DNA of 64,000 nt from positions 32,001-96,000 of the forward strand of contig JALHMH010000007.1 of NCBI GenBank assembly GCA_022844165.1, written 5' to 3'. Within the stretch, counting starts at the first letter, position 1, and each line of letters starts with the position of its first letter. The notes below the pieces were generated by a model. It ran no database searches and had not been told where the DNA came from. It saw only the letters and a program-made list of their open reading frames with translations. Of this stretch, positions 52,194 to 62,600 are shown one piece after another. The position numbers and the translations under genes are program-made. This stretch comes from Lysobacterales bacterium (GTDB lineage Bacteria > Pseudomonadota > Gammaproteobacteria > Xanthomonadales > SZUA-5).

Positions 52194-53753
52194 ATGAATA
52201 TCCATGCCGACAAGATCCTGATCCTTGACTTTGGTTCGCAATACACGCAGCTCATCGCGCGGCGAATCCGCGAGTTGGGTGTGTATTGCGAAATCTGGTC
52301 ATGGGACCACGAACCCTCGGAAATAGCGGGTTTTGCGCCGAAAGGCATCATTTTGTCGGGCGGGCCGGAATCGACGCTGGATCCGCAGTCGCCGCGGGCG
52401 CCAGAGCAGGTCTGGAGCGCCGGCGTGCCCGTGCTCGGCATCTGCTACGGGATGCAGACGATGGCCATGCAACTGGGCGGGCGAGTCGTGCCGGGGCACG
52501 AGCGCGAGTTCGGATATGCCTCGGTGCTGCCCACCGGGCGCTCGCGTCTGCTCGATGGGCTCGACGAGAATCCGGCAAATGCGCTGGATGTGTGGATGAG
52601 CCACGGCGATCGTGTCGATGCCCTGCCGCCTGGCTTTCAGACCATCGGCGCCACGCAGACCGTGCCGATTGTTGCGATGGCCGATGAGCGACGTGGGCTT
52701 TATGGCGTTCAGTTTCATCCCGAAGTCACGCACACCGCCAAGGGGGGCGCGATCTTGCGTCGCTTCCTGGTGGACATCTGCGGCGCCGCGACGCTTTGGA
52801 CCTCAGAGCTGATTATCGACGATGCCATGGCGCGCGTGCGCGCTCAGGTCGGTTCCGACATCGTGCTTCTCGGCTTGTCAGGCGGTGTGGACTCGTCGGT
52901 CGTTGCAGCGCTGCTGCATAAGGCCATCGGCCAGCAGCTGATCTGTTTGTTCGTCGACACCGGACTGCTGCGCTACAACGAAGGCGATCAGGTGATGGAC
53001 CAGTTCGCCGGTCAGCGGCACCTGAACGTGGTTCGCATCGACGCGCGCGAGCGGTTTTTCGACGCTCTGAGCGGCGTGGCCGACCCTGAAGCCAAGCGCA
53101 AGATCATTGGTGCCGAATTTGTGGCGGTGTTCGACGAAGCCGCGCGTCGCTACGGCAATGCCCGGTGGCTGGCGCAAGGGACGATCTACCCCGATGTGAT
53201 CGAATCGGCCGGCTCGAAGACTGGCAAAGCGCACGTCATTAAGTCGCACCACAATGTCGGCGGCTTGCCAGCCGGGATGCGCATGGGATTGGTCGAGCCC
53301 TTGCGCGAGCTGTTCAAAGATGAGGTGCGGCGATTGGGTGTTACACTCGGCCTGCCGCCCGAGATGGTTTACCGCCATCCGTTTCCTGGTCCCGGCCTTG
53401 GCGTGCGCATTCTCGGCGAAGTCACCCGCGATGCTGCGGACGTGCTGCAACGCGCGGACGCGATCTTCATCGATGAGCTGCGCGCTGCCGGTTGGTACGA
53501 CAAGGTCAGTCAGGCATTCGCCGTGTACCTGCCGTGCCGTTCAGTGGGCGTCGTTGGCGACGCGCGCGCCTACGAGCCGGTCATCGCCCTGCGCGCGGTC
53601 GAGACCATCGATTTCATGACCGCACACTGGGCGCATTTGCCCTATCACTTGCTCGATCATGTCGCACGGCGCATCGTCAACGAAGTTCGCGGCGTCAGTC
53701 GCGTGGTCTATGACATCAGCGGCAAACCGCCTGCGACCATCGAATGGGAATAA
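52194..53753 (+). CDS. guaA: GMP synthase (glutamine-hydrolysing)
   Basis: [50 protein letters not shown]. Confidence 0.98.
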   Translation: MNIHADKILILDFGSQYTQLIARRIRELGVYCEIWSWDHEPSEIAGFAPKGIILSGGPESTLDPQSPRAPEQVWSAGVPVLGICYGMQTMAMQLGGRVVPGHEREFGYASVLPTGRSRLLDGLDENPANALDVWMSHGDRVDALPPGFQTIGATQTVPIVAMADERRGLYGVQFHPEVTHTAKGGAILRRFLVDICGAATLWTSELIIDDAMARVRAQVGSDIVLLGLSGGVDSSVVAALLHKAIGQQLICLFVDTGLLRYNEGDQVMDQFAGQRHLNVVRIDARERFFDALSGVADPEAKRKIIGAEFVAVFDEAARRYGNARWLAQGTIYPDVIESAGSKTGKAHVIKSHHNVGGLPAGMRMGLVEPLRELFKDEVRRLGVTLGLPPEMVYRHPFPGPGLGVRILGEVTRDAADVLQRADAIFIDELRAAGWYDKVSQAFAVYLPCRSVGVVGDARAYEPVIALRAVETIDFMTAHWAHLPYHLLDHVARRIVNEVRGVSRVVYDISGKPPATIEWE

Positions 53754-53875
53754 GCGATCGTGGAATTGTGAACCCTGGCTAACCAGCAGTGATGCAGCTA
53801 TCTGCCATCGGCCTGCATTCCTGCGTTTAGCTCTGACAGCGGTACACTTACACAACTCTATGCCTGGGCCTTGCC

Positions 53876-55942
53876 ATGAGCCGCACTAAAGTGGGTCACT
53901 ACGACATCGTCGCCGAACTCGGTCGCGGCGGTATGGGGGTGGTCTTCAAGGGTTACGAGGCTTCGCTCAATCGGCATGTGGCGATCAAGATGCTGAGCGA
54001 GTCGCTGGCCGGCGATACGCAGGTCGTTGAGCGCTTCTTTCGCGAAGCGCGAAGTATGGCGCAGCTCAACGATCCCCACATCGTACAAATTTACTTTGTC
54101 GGCGAGGACCAGGGCCAGCCGTACTTTGCGATGGAATTCGTCGAAGGCGAATCACTGAGCCAACGACTCAAACGCGATGTTTCGCTTCAGCCGATGGAGG
54201 CAGCGCGAATCTTGCTCCAGGTCGCGCAGGGCTTGTCCACAGCGCACGATCGTGGCGTCATCCATCGCGACATCAAACCCGCCAACCTGCTGATCACGCA
54301 GCGCGGCGTGGTAAAAGTGGCTGACTTCGGTATCGCGCTGGCTTCTCAGGATTACAACAAGAAGCTCACTGGCACTGGCCAGTTTGTCGGTACACCCGGC
54401 TATCTTTCGCCTGAGGTATGTCTTGGCAAGCCGGTTGATCAACGATCCGATATCTTCGCGCTCGGCATTGTGTTCTTCGAGATGCTGACCGGCCGTACGC
54501 CCTTCAAGGACGAGTCGCCGCTCGGCATGATGCTGGAGGTTGTGCAGGCAGAAATTCCGGATGTACGCGAAATCAATCAATCGGTCGATTCGCGGCTGTC
54601 GGACATCTTGCGGCGCATGGTCGCCAAAGATCCAGCGGATCGCTATACCAGCTGTGCTGAGCTGATCGCCGATCTTGTCGCATGCGGCGTAAACGCTGCA
54701 TCCCCGGTCACACCGGCGCGACCTGCCATGGCGCCACTCGCAGGAACGGCGGTCAACGCACCCACTCCGCCCGAAATGCGCAAATTGTCTGCGGCGTCGA
54801 TCGCACCACCGCCAGCCCCGCCGACGGCGGCCGCAGCAGGTTCGCGTCAAGCGCATGTTGGTGACGCTGTTGCGTCGGCGCCCGCCACAAGGCGATCGGC
54901 ATTACCGTGGGCAGCGGCGCTTGCCGGGCTCGCCATCGCCGGTGGTGCCGGTGCCTATTACACGAACGCGTTTTCGCTTCGCGATCGCATTGACGGTATC
55001 ACCGCCGCCGAGCCGGCCGCCGTTGTCGCGCCGACGACCGATGCCGCGCCCAGCGCAAAAGTCGCGGCGACGGCGGTTGCGACGACTTCATCGGCTGAGC
55101 CTGTGCCCGCAGCGGCGCCAGACGCGCCAGCGCCAACGTCGGCCGAGAGTGCCGTTGCGCCGACGTCTGCGGAACCCATGGCCGGCGCTATGGACACGAC
55201 GCATGTCAAAACCGCCACGATGGTCTCGCCACCTGAGCGAACATCGGCTGCGGCTACGCCTGCCGCATCGCAGCCGCCGCCAGCAGCGGTGGCGACACGA
55301 TTGGCCGAAGCCCCGGAACCGCCGCAACCAGCGGAAGTGCCCGTTGCAGAAACCAGGGATGAGAAAGCCTTTCCGCGGCTGGCGGCACGACAAGGCGAGC
55401 GACTTGCGCGTCGCGCAGAGCTGGCCGACAAGACCGCCGTGCGAATTGCGCGGTCCACGCCTGCGGAAACGCCGACACAATCGCCTGCTGCGTCTTATGC
55501 GGGTCCGCCGCGCGTCCTGGTCTTGTCATTCGGCGATCCTGCCGTTGCCGGAGCGGCGGAGCTCAGCATTGAGGAGCGGATTGGCGAGACCCAGGTCGTG
55601 CTGGTCGATGAAGATCTCGCGGGTTTGTCGGGCATTGAAGATGGCTCACTCGACGTTGCCCGGTTGGTCAACGCTGCCTCGCGCGTCGCGGATTTTGTCG
55701 TGGTCGTCAAAGCAACGCCACTCGGATCGCAGCCGCTCACGTTCTATGGCGAGGTGATGACGCAGTACACGGCGCGGATCGAACTGTCGACTTACAATGT
55801 GCGCAATCGCAGCAAGCTCGGTGGCCATCAGGCACAAGTCAGCTTCACCCATTTGAACGCCGATCCGCAAACGCGCGAAGCCGTTGCGCCTTATCTGGGA
55901 CGCATTGCAGAGGTTATCGCTGGTCGCCGCGCCCGCAGTTAG
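53876..55942 (+). CDS. Ser/Thr protein kinase with TM, Ala/Pro linker and extracytoplasmic alpha/beta domain
   Basis: GRGGMG, VAIK, HRDIKPAN, DFG, GTPGYLSPE; TM WAAALAGLAIAGGAGAYY. Confidence 0.92.
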   Translation: MSRTKVGHYDIVAELGRGGMGVVFKGYEASLNRHVAIKMLSESLAGDTQVVERFFREARSMAQLNDPHIVQIYFVGEDQGQPYFAMEFVEGESLSQRLKRDVSLQPMEAARILLQVAQGLSTAHDRGVIHRDIKPANLLITQRGVVKVADFGIALASQDYNKKLTGTGQFVGTPGYLSPEVCLGKPVDQRSDIFALGIVFFEMLTGRTPFKDESPLGMMLEVVQAEIPDVREINQSVDSRLSDILRRMVAKDPADRYTSCAELIADLVACGVNAASPVTPARPAMAPLAGTAVNAPTPPEMRKLSAASIAPPPAPPTAAAAGSRQAHVGDAVASAPATRRSALPWAAALAGLAIAGGAGAYYTNAFSLRDRIDGITAAEPAAVVAPTTDAAPSAKVAATAVATTSSAEPVPAAAPDAPAPTSAESAVAPTSAEPMAGAMDTTHVKTATMVSPPERTSAAATPAASQPPPAAVATRLAEAPEPPQPAEVPVAETRDEKAFPRLAARQGERLARRAELADKTAVRIARSTPAETPTQSPAASYAGPPRVLVLSFGDPAVAGAAELSIEERIGETQVVLVDEDLAGLSGIEDGSLDVARLVNAASRVADFVVVVKATPLGSQPLTFYGEVMTQYTARIELSTYNVRNRSKLGGHQAQVSFTHLNADPQTREAVAPYLGRIAEVIAGRRARS

Positions 55943-55948
55943 CCGCGC

Positions 55949-56587
55949 TCAGAACCTGTAAGCCACTGCGCGCATAAGGTCTGCCGCCCACTGCATCAGG
56001 CGCGGCAGAGGTTGCGGCAACGACATTGCGCCGTGCTCGACCGCATTCTCGCGGTGGCGAGCCTCATCGCATTGCATGGTCTCGAGAACCGCGCGGGTGG
56101 CCTGATCGTTGTCTGGCAGCCGCCTCAGGTGTTCGCCCAGGTGGCTCTCCACCTGGCGCTCGGTCTCGACGACGAAGCCAAGACTCAACCGATCACCAAG
56201 AGTGCCCGCCAGCGCGCCAATCGCGAATGCCCCGCCGTACCAAAGGGGGCTCGCGATGCTGGCACGAGCACCCAGCTCAGTGAGTCGCATCTCACACCAT
56301 GCGAGGTGGTCGGCCTCCTCAGCGGCTGCGCTCAACAGATGCTTGCGCAAATCCGGATCGCGGGCGACGCTCGCCTGACCAAAATACAGTCCTTGCGCGG
56401 CGACCTCGCCAGCATGATTGATGCGCATCAGGCCGGCAACATGCCGGCGCTCCTCGTCGCTGAGCGCGGCCTGTTCGTGGTTCGAAGCGGGCGAGGCGCG
56501 CCCAGGAGAGTCTGCTGGGGCGTGCGTAATGCGTAACGCGCGATCGGCTTCAGCCAACAACCGGTCGGTCAGCGAAAACTGGCGCAT
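55949..56587 (-). CDS. coq7: demethoxyubiquinone hydroxylase (di-iron)
   Basis: MRINHAGEVAAQGLY.GQ, EE.DHL.WC, ETERQV..HL, DE..H. Confidence 0.94.
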   Translation of the reverse strand: MRQFSLTDRLLAEADRALRITHAPADSPGRASPASNHEQAALSDEERRHVAGLMRINHAGEVAAQGLYFGQASVARDPDLRKHLLSAAAEEADHLAWCEMRLTELGARASIASPLWYGGAFAIGALAGTLGDRLSLGFVVETERQVESHLGEHLRRLPDNDQATRAVLETMQCDEARHRENAVEHGAMSLPQPLPRLMQWAADLMRAVAYRF

Positions 56588-57648
56588 CAGTGCATTGCCT
56601 CCAAAAAAAGTTCCGCTGGATGGCGGACTGCAACATCGAGTTTTGCCGCAAGAAGACGTTCGCGCAAGTGCTGTGCGCAACCGACGTTCGTCGTCACCAG
56701 AGTGCTGACAGCCAATTGCCTCAGCTCATCGATGATCGGCGCCGCGAGTCGATCGGCCAACGCCGTATGGGATAACACATTCGGCCCGGCAGCGCCGCAA
56801 CAGCCAAGACCTCGCAGCGGCGAAATCGTCATACCCATGGCCCCCAGCAGCGTCGGCGCCGCACTTGCCGCATGCGAGCACGGCGTCCACAACGCGACGT
56901 GCAACGGTACTGCATGAATTCGTAATCGCCAACGCGCTGTGTCTTTCATCATCCATGCGCACCATTCATCGACCTGATGCCCGGCGCTGCGCAAGCTCTG
57001 GATGCAGCCACTGTCCAGGGCGATCAGGCGTTGCGGCTGGGTCTGCGCAGGTGGATCAAAACCCAGGTGACGATCAAGCGCACCGCAGCATGGCAAGAGC
57101 GCAGCTGTGATCGGCGCGCCGAGGCGCTCTGCGATGCTAAGTACTGCGCGCTGCGCCGACGCCTCCAGCGTGCGCGCAAGGCAGCCAACATAAAGTTGCG
57201 TCTTCTCGGGCCCGCCGGGCACCACCGGCACCGGCGGTCCAACACGCTCCAGCCATCGCCCTTCGCGCGCCGGCACACAACCGCGCACACTCGCGGCAGC
57301 TTGAAGCGCGCGCGACAGGCCACCCGGCGCCCGCACCATTCGGCGCAACAAGCGAAGCCGCCAGGGCAAGCGGGATCTGGGCAAGCGCCGCGCCGTTCGT
57401 TCAATGATCTCGCCGTACTCGACGCCGGCCGGACAGACCGTCTCGCAGCGGCGGCACTGCAGGCAGCTGTCGAGCGACTCGATCGTGCTGTCATCGACCG
57501 GTACGCCGATTTCGATCCGCTTCGCCAACGCGATTCGTCCACGCGGCGACTGCGTTTCCAGTCCGGAGACTGCAAACGTCGGACAATGCGGCAAACACAA
57601 ACCACACATGACACAGCGGTCGGCGAGCGCTGCAAGACTTTCGCTCAT
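56587..57648 (-). CDS. Fe-S binding oxidoreductase subunit (GlcF-like, 2x4Fe-4S plus CCG domains)
   Basis: CVMCGLCLPHCPT, SPRGRI, CLQCRRCETVCP, CCGAL, CCGAAG, N.GC. Confidence 0.88.
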   Translation of the reverse strand: MSESLAALADRCVMCGLCLPHCPTFAVSGLETQSPRGRIALAKRIEIGVPVDDSTIESLDSCLQCRRCETVCPAGVEYGEIIERTARRLPRSRLPWRLRLLRRMVRAPGGLSRALQAAASVRGCVPAREGRWLERVGPPVPVVPGGPEKTQLYVGCLARTLEASAQRAVLSIAERLGAPITAALLPCCGALDRHLGFDPPAQTQPQRLIALDSGCIQSLRSAGHQVDEWCAWMMKDTARWRLRIHAVPLHVALWTPCSHAASAAPTLLGAMGMTISPLRGLGCCGAAGPNVLSHTALADRLAAPIIDELRQLAVSTLVTTNVGCAQHLRERLLAAKLDVAVRHPAELFLEAMH

Positions 57649-57860
57649 CCTGATCGCCGCTCGCCTTGCCGGCTCCATGCACCTCCGGAATGGCCTTTCA
57701 AAGCCAAAATGAATTCAACGCGACAGAACCGCAGTGTCTCATTGTCGACCGCTGGTTGCCGCTCATCTTGGAAGCCGAACGCGCTGGATCTCTCAGGCGC
57801 CCACTGCAAGTGCTTGCCGCCGCTGACATCCCACGGCAGTCGATTGAACAACAATGGCAT
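57645..57860 (-). CDS. possible small hypothetical protein
   Basis: ATG-started 71-aa ORF whose stop overlaps the GlcF-like start (ATGA); no family recognised. Confidence 0.2.
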   Translation of the reverse strand: MPLLFNRLPWDVSGGKHLQWAPERSSAFGFQDERQPAVDNETLRFCRVEFILALKGHSGGAWSRQGERRSG

Positions 57861-57953
57861 GTGCGAGCACAGGATTGAGCGGGAACGGTAGTCTACGGGT
57901 CAGAACGGCAAGCGTTTTGTGAACCGCAACTGCCGGCTTGCAGCAATTTAGAC

Positions 57954-57983
57954 TTGCAGACTAGCCTTCAGACCCTCTACACT
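57954..57983 (+). promoter_or_regulatory. putative sigma70 promoter of rplM-rpsI
   Basis: TTGCAG-N18-TACACT followed by GC-rich CTCCGGC. Confidence 0.55.
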
Positions 57984-58023
57984 CTCCGGCTCTTTGAAAG
58001 TCTAGGTCCATGGAGTGGTCCAC

Positions 58024-58452
58024 ATGAAAACGGTCAGCGCTAAGCCGGAAACCGTAAAACGCGATTGGTTCCTGGTCGATGCCTCGGGCAAGACGCTCGG
58101 CCGCCTGTGCACGGAACTCGCGCGTCGTTTGCGCGGAAAGCACAAAGCGATCTACACGCCGCACATCGATACGGGCGATTTCCTCGTCGTCGTGAATGCC
58201 GAAAAAATTGCCGTCACCGGCAACAAGCTCAACGACAAGCTCTATCACCGCACCACAGGTTACATTGGTAATCTGAAGACGGTCTCGTTGAAGAACATGT
58301 TGGCTGACCATCCCGAACGTGCGATCGAAATCGCCGTCAAGGGCATGTTGCCGAAGGGCCCGCTGGGCCGCGATATGTATCGTAAGCTCAGAGTTTACAA
58401 AGGCTCCGAGCATCCGCACGCCGCGCAGCAGCCGGCCGTACTCGACATCTGA
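58024..58452 (+). CDS. rplM: 50S ribosomal protein L13
   Basis: MKT..AKP..V.RDW..VDA.G..LGRL, GKHK..YTPH.DTGD, GMLPK. Confidence 0.98.
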   Translation: MKTVSAKPETVKRDWFLVDASGKTLGRLCTELARRLRGKHKAIYTPHIDTGDFLVVVNAEKIAVTGNKLNDKLYHRTTGYIGNLKTVSLKNMLADHPERAIEIAVKGMLPKGPLGRDMYRKLRVYKGSEHPHAAQQPAVLDI

Positions 58453-58466
58453 TTTAGGACGCACCC

Positions 58467-58859
58467 ATGGCTTCGACGCAACATTACGGCACCGGCCGCC
58501 GCAAATCTTCCGCCGCGCGCGTGTTTCTGCGCCCAGGCAAAGGCCAGATCACAGTGAACGAGAAGTCGCTTGACCAGTTTTTTGGTCGTGAGACGGCACG
58601 AATGGTGGTGCGTCAGCCCCTGGAGCTGACCAATCTCGCCGAGCGATTCGACATCCTGGTGACCGTTGCTGGCGGCGGCATGACCGGTCAGGCTGGCGCC
58701 ATTCGCTTAGGCATCTCCCGGGCGCTCGTCGAATACGATGAGAATCTGAAAAGCGATCTGCGCAAAGCTGGCTTCCTGACGCGTGACGCCCGCGAAGTTG
58801 AGCGCAAGAAAGTCGGTTTGCACAAAGCCCGTCGCGCGACCCAATACAGCAAGCGCTAA
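58467..58859 (+). CDS. rpsI: 30S ribosomal protein S9
   Basis: [34 protein letters not shown]...QYSKR. Confidence 0.98.
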   Translation: MASTQHYGTGRRKSSAARVFLRPGKGQITVNEKSLDQFFGRETARMVVRQPLELTNLAERFDILVTVAGGGMTGQAGAIRLGISRALVEYDENLKSDLRKAGFLTRDAREVERKKVGLHKARRATQYSKR

Positions 58860-58910
58860 TCGCACTTGCCCGATCCACCCGTGTCGCCCGCGGGTGCATC
58901 GCAGCGACAT

Positions 58911-58984
58911 TGGGGGATCGTTCAACGGTAGGACAACGGACTCTGACTCCGTTTATCTAGGTTCGAATCCTAGTCCCCCAGCCA
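58911..58984 (+). tRNA. tRNA-Gln (anticodon CTG)
   Basis: TGGGGGA/TCCCCCA acceptor stem, ACGGA-CT-CTG-AC-TCCGT anticodon arm, CTAGGTTCGAATCCTAG T-arm, GCCA end. Confidence 0.97.
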
Positions 58985-59607
58985 AAAACATGGCCGCCGC
59001 AAGGCGGCCATCTTTTTTGGCTGGGGGACTGGGTGAGAACCTATGAGGTTCGACTCGGAGCGCAGGATGCGCGGAGAGCGCGAGCGAAGCGAGGCCAAAG
59101 GCCGCGGGCCATGGATGGCCCGCGCAATCCTGGTCCGCCAGCCAAAAACATGGCCGCCGCAAGGCGGCCATCTTTTTTGGCTGGGGGACTGGGTGAGAAC
59201 CTATCAGGTTCGACTCGGAGTGCGGGATGCGCGGAGAGCGCGAGCGAAGGCGAGGCCAAAGGCCGCGGGCCATGGATGGCCCGCGCAATCCTAGTCCCCC
59301 AGCCAAAAACATGGCCGCCGCAAGGCGGCCATCTTTTTTGGCTGGGGGACTGGGTGAGAACCTATCAGGTTCGACTCGGAGCGCAGGATGCGCGGAGAGC
59401 GCGAGCGAAGGCGAGGCCAAAGGCCGCGGGCCATGGATGGCCCGCGCAATCCTGGTCCCCCGGCCAAAACATGCCGCCGCAAGGCGGCCATGGATGGCCC
59501 GCGCAATCCTGGTCCCCCAGCCAAAAACATGGCCGCCGCAAGGCGGCCATCGACGGCACAGCGCGCGCCCTGATGCGCTGCCTCGCCCCAGCCAAAAACA
59601 TGGCCGC
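58966..59607 (+). repeat. tRNA-linked (RtT-like) tandem repeat array: 3 full 160-161-bp units plus 3 truncated units
   Basis: Units start at 58966, 59126, 59287, 59448, 59505 and (partial) 59586; the first five begin with a copy of the tRNA 3' end AATCCT(A/G)GTCCCCCAGCCA (variants in units 2 and 4). Confidence 0.95.
58990..59018. terminator. intrinsic, probably bidirectional, terminator after tRNA-Gln, repeated in each full unit
   Basis: ATGGCCGCC-GCAA-GGCGGCCAT followed by CTTTTTT and preceded by AAAAA. Confidence 0.8.
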
Positions 59608-59613
59608 AACTGA

Positions 59614-62600
59614 TCAGGGTTCCGTTCGTCGCCGCGGATCCAGGCCCTCTGCATCGATCACGCGATTCTCGCGAAGCAGGTCGTAGATCAGATCGGTGAG
59701 TGCGGCCATGGCCTGTCTATCGGATTTGAGCATTAGTGTCGCCAGCTTTTGGTGTGATGTCAGCGCGCGCACCACGCCCTGTTGCACGGCGCCGGGCAGG
59801 TTGCCCCTGAGCGCCTGGTCTCGTGAGTTGTTCTCCACTTGAGCGACCACCACATCGTTCTCCTTGGCGATCGCCGCGATGTGGTTGACGAACATCGCCT
59901 GATCTCGTAACGGCGTAGCCTCTCCGAATAGCCGGTTAAGGCGGTTGATGATCTCCATCAGGTAGTCAGGCTGGTCATCCCGTACCTCGCCCCCTGGGCC
60001 GATTGGCTTCAATTTGGGTGGCTCAGTGCCGGACTTCTTGGCCGGTTCAGTCGACTTGATCTCGAAGCCCGTCAGTAAAATTCCATCCAGGTCGACATTG
60101 TCCGGCGTCACGCCCCTCAGCCGCTTGGTCAATAGGCGCGCGAAGGCAGTGAAGTTCTCCAGCTCCGGGTCACCAAAGTCGATAATCTGCGCAATGTACG
60201 CGTAACTTCGGCAGAAGCGCCCCAATCCGCTCTTGAACCCAAGCAGCGCGCTCAGCTGTTCGCTGTAAGCCTTACGTTGATGATCGGCCGACTTGGACGC
60301 CGCTTCATCCCCGCGCTGGCGGGCAGCCTCGTAGCTCGCCTCCCATTCGGCAACGGTGTCTGACAAAGCCTTGACCCGCTCGTTGAACTGGCGCGTGGTC
60401 CGCTCGGTCGCCGCGTACAGCGCCTTGTGCCGTGCATCTTCCTTCTTGGTCACGTCGCCGACGGTCTGAAAGCGCGCCTGCTTGAACCGTTCCAGATCCA
60501 CTGACGCATAAAGGTCGTGCGCGTCAAGTTGTTCCTTGATCTGGTAGACCACGTTCGGATCCTGCACATCCTCGATTGCGGCACCGTCATCGTATTTCGC
60601 GAACGCGCGGCGAACGCTGACCGGATCGTTGATGAAGTCCACTACGAAGGTGTCGTCTTTGCCCGGCGCCGTGCGGTTCAGGCGCGACAGGGTCTGCACA
60701 ATCTCGACGTCGTTGGCGATCTTTTTGTCCAGGTACATGGCGACCAGCTTGGGCTGATCGAAGCCGGTCTGAAACTTGTCGGCGACCAGCATCACCCGGT
60801 ACTCCGGTCGCTCGAAGGTGGCCGCCAGGTCATGACTGTCGGCACCCGGATTCATGCTGGCCTCGGTGAACTCTGCCTTGTCGTCAACCACGAAGGTGTC
60901 GCCAGCGATGCGCTGATCGGCGGCGTGCGTGATCTGCTTGCCGGTCAGCTTGCCGGAAAAGGCCACCAGTGAGCGGATGCCGGCGTATTGCGGATGGCGC
61001 TCGATGTAGCGATCGAAACCGATCTTGTAGCGCACCGCGGCCGCGCGTGAACTGGTTATCACCATCGCCTTGGCCTTGCCGTCCAGGCGATTGCTGACGT
61101 TGCGGCTGAAGTGCTCGATGATGAATTGCACCTTCTGGGTGACATTGGTCGGGTGCAAGCTCATCCACTGCGCCAGCGCCCGCTTGGCTTGTCGTCCGCT
61201 GACGCGCTTGGCGTCCTCGACCTGCTTCGCCAGATTGAAAGCCGTCTGGTACGGCGTGTAGCCGCGCAGCACGTCCAGGATGAAACCCTCATCGATCGCC
61301 TGCCGCATCGGGTACTTGTGGAAAGCAACCGGTGGGTGTTCCTTGCTGCGTTTGTGGCCGTCCACAGGGCGCCCGAACAGCATGTACGTCGAGTGCTTGG
61401 GCGTCGCGGTGAAGGCAAAGTGGCTTAGATTCTTCGGTCGTAGTCGCGATTGCTGCAGCTTTTCCAGCAGTTCCTCGATGGTCAGTCCGGCGATTCCCCC
61501 TTCGCCGCCCAACGCCAGCGCGGCTTGCAGCTTGGTGGCGCTGGTGCCCGTCTGCGAAGCATGCGCTTCGTCGATGATCACCGCGAAATTGCGGTTCTTC
61601 AGGCCGTGCTCGGTGACGATGGCCTCCATCGCATACGGGAAGGTCTGGATGGTGACCACGATGATCGGCGTGCCCGCCAGCAAAGCCTCAGCCAGTTGCT
61701 TGCTCTTGGATTGAGAGGACTTCTGGCGGTCAATCGCCGCGATCACGCCGAAGCGGTGGTCGATCTGTTTGACTGCGTCCTGCAACTGGCCGTCGAGTAC
61801 CGTGCGGTCGGTCACGATGACTACGCTGTTAAAGATGGCCTCGCCATCGTCGCGGCGCAGCTTGATCAGATCGTGCGCAGTCCAGGCGATGGTGCTGGTC
61901 TTGCCGGAGCCGGCGCTGTGTTCGCACAGGTACTGCATGCCGGGGCCGTTGGCCTTGGCATCGGCTACCATCGCGTTCACGGCCGACCATTGGTGGAATC
62001 GCGGGAAGATCAGCGTCTCGCGACGGGACCAGTTGCCTTTCAGGTCCACCACGTCCTTCTTCTCGGTGTAGACAAAGCTGTGAAAGATGCGCAGCCAGGC
62101 GTCGCGCTGGCAGATGTCTTCCCAGAAGTAGGCCACCGGGTACTCGCCATCCTCGCGCGGCGGATTGCCGGCCCGACCCTTGTGGCCACGGTTGAAGGGT
62201 AGGAACAAGGTGTTGTCGCCATCCAGCTTGGTGGTCATCCGGATATCGGAGTCCGACATCGCAAAGTGGACACGGCGCCGCGCTTGAAGGTCAGCAGGGG
62301 CTCGCGCCGACGCGTCTTGGCATCGACTGGCAGTCGGTCGGACTTATACTGGGCCATCGCCGCATCGGCGGACCGTGTGAAATCGGTCTTGAGCTCGACC
62401 GTGGCCACCGGAATGCCGTTGATGAAAAACACCAGGTCGATGGCCAGCGTGCGCGACGGGTGGTACTGCAATTGCGGCACCACGCGCAGCCGGTTCGCCG
62501 CGTAGCTCTCTTTGACCTTGGCGTTGCGCTGGTCTTCGGGCACAGCCTCAGACATCTCGATATGTCCGCAACCCGCCAGCGAGAATCCGCGCCGCAGCAG

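Noticed and set aside
58953-59686. Repetitive ORFs over the array, and a CRISPR interpretation
   Set aside because: The ORFs are translations of the DNA repeat; there are no unique spacers or cas genes
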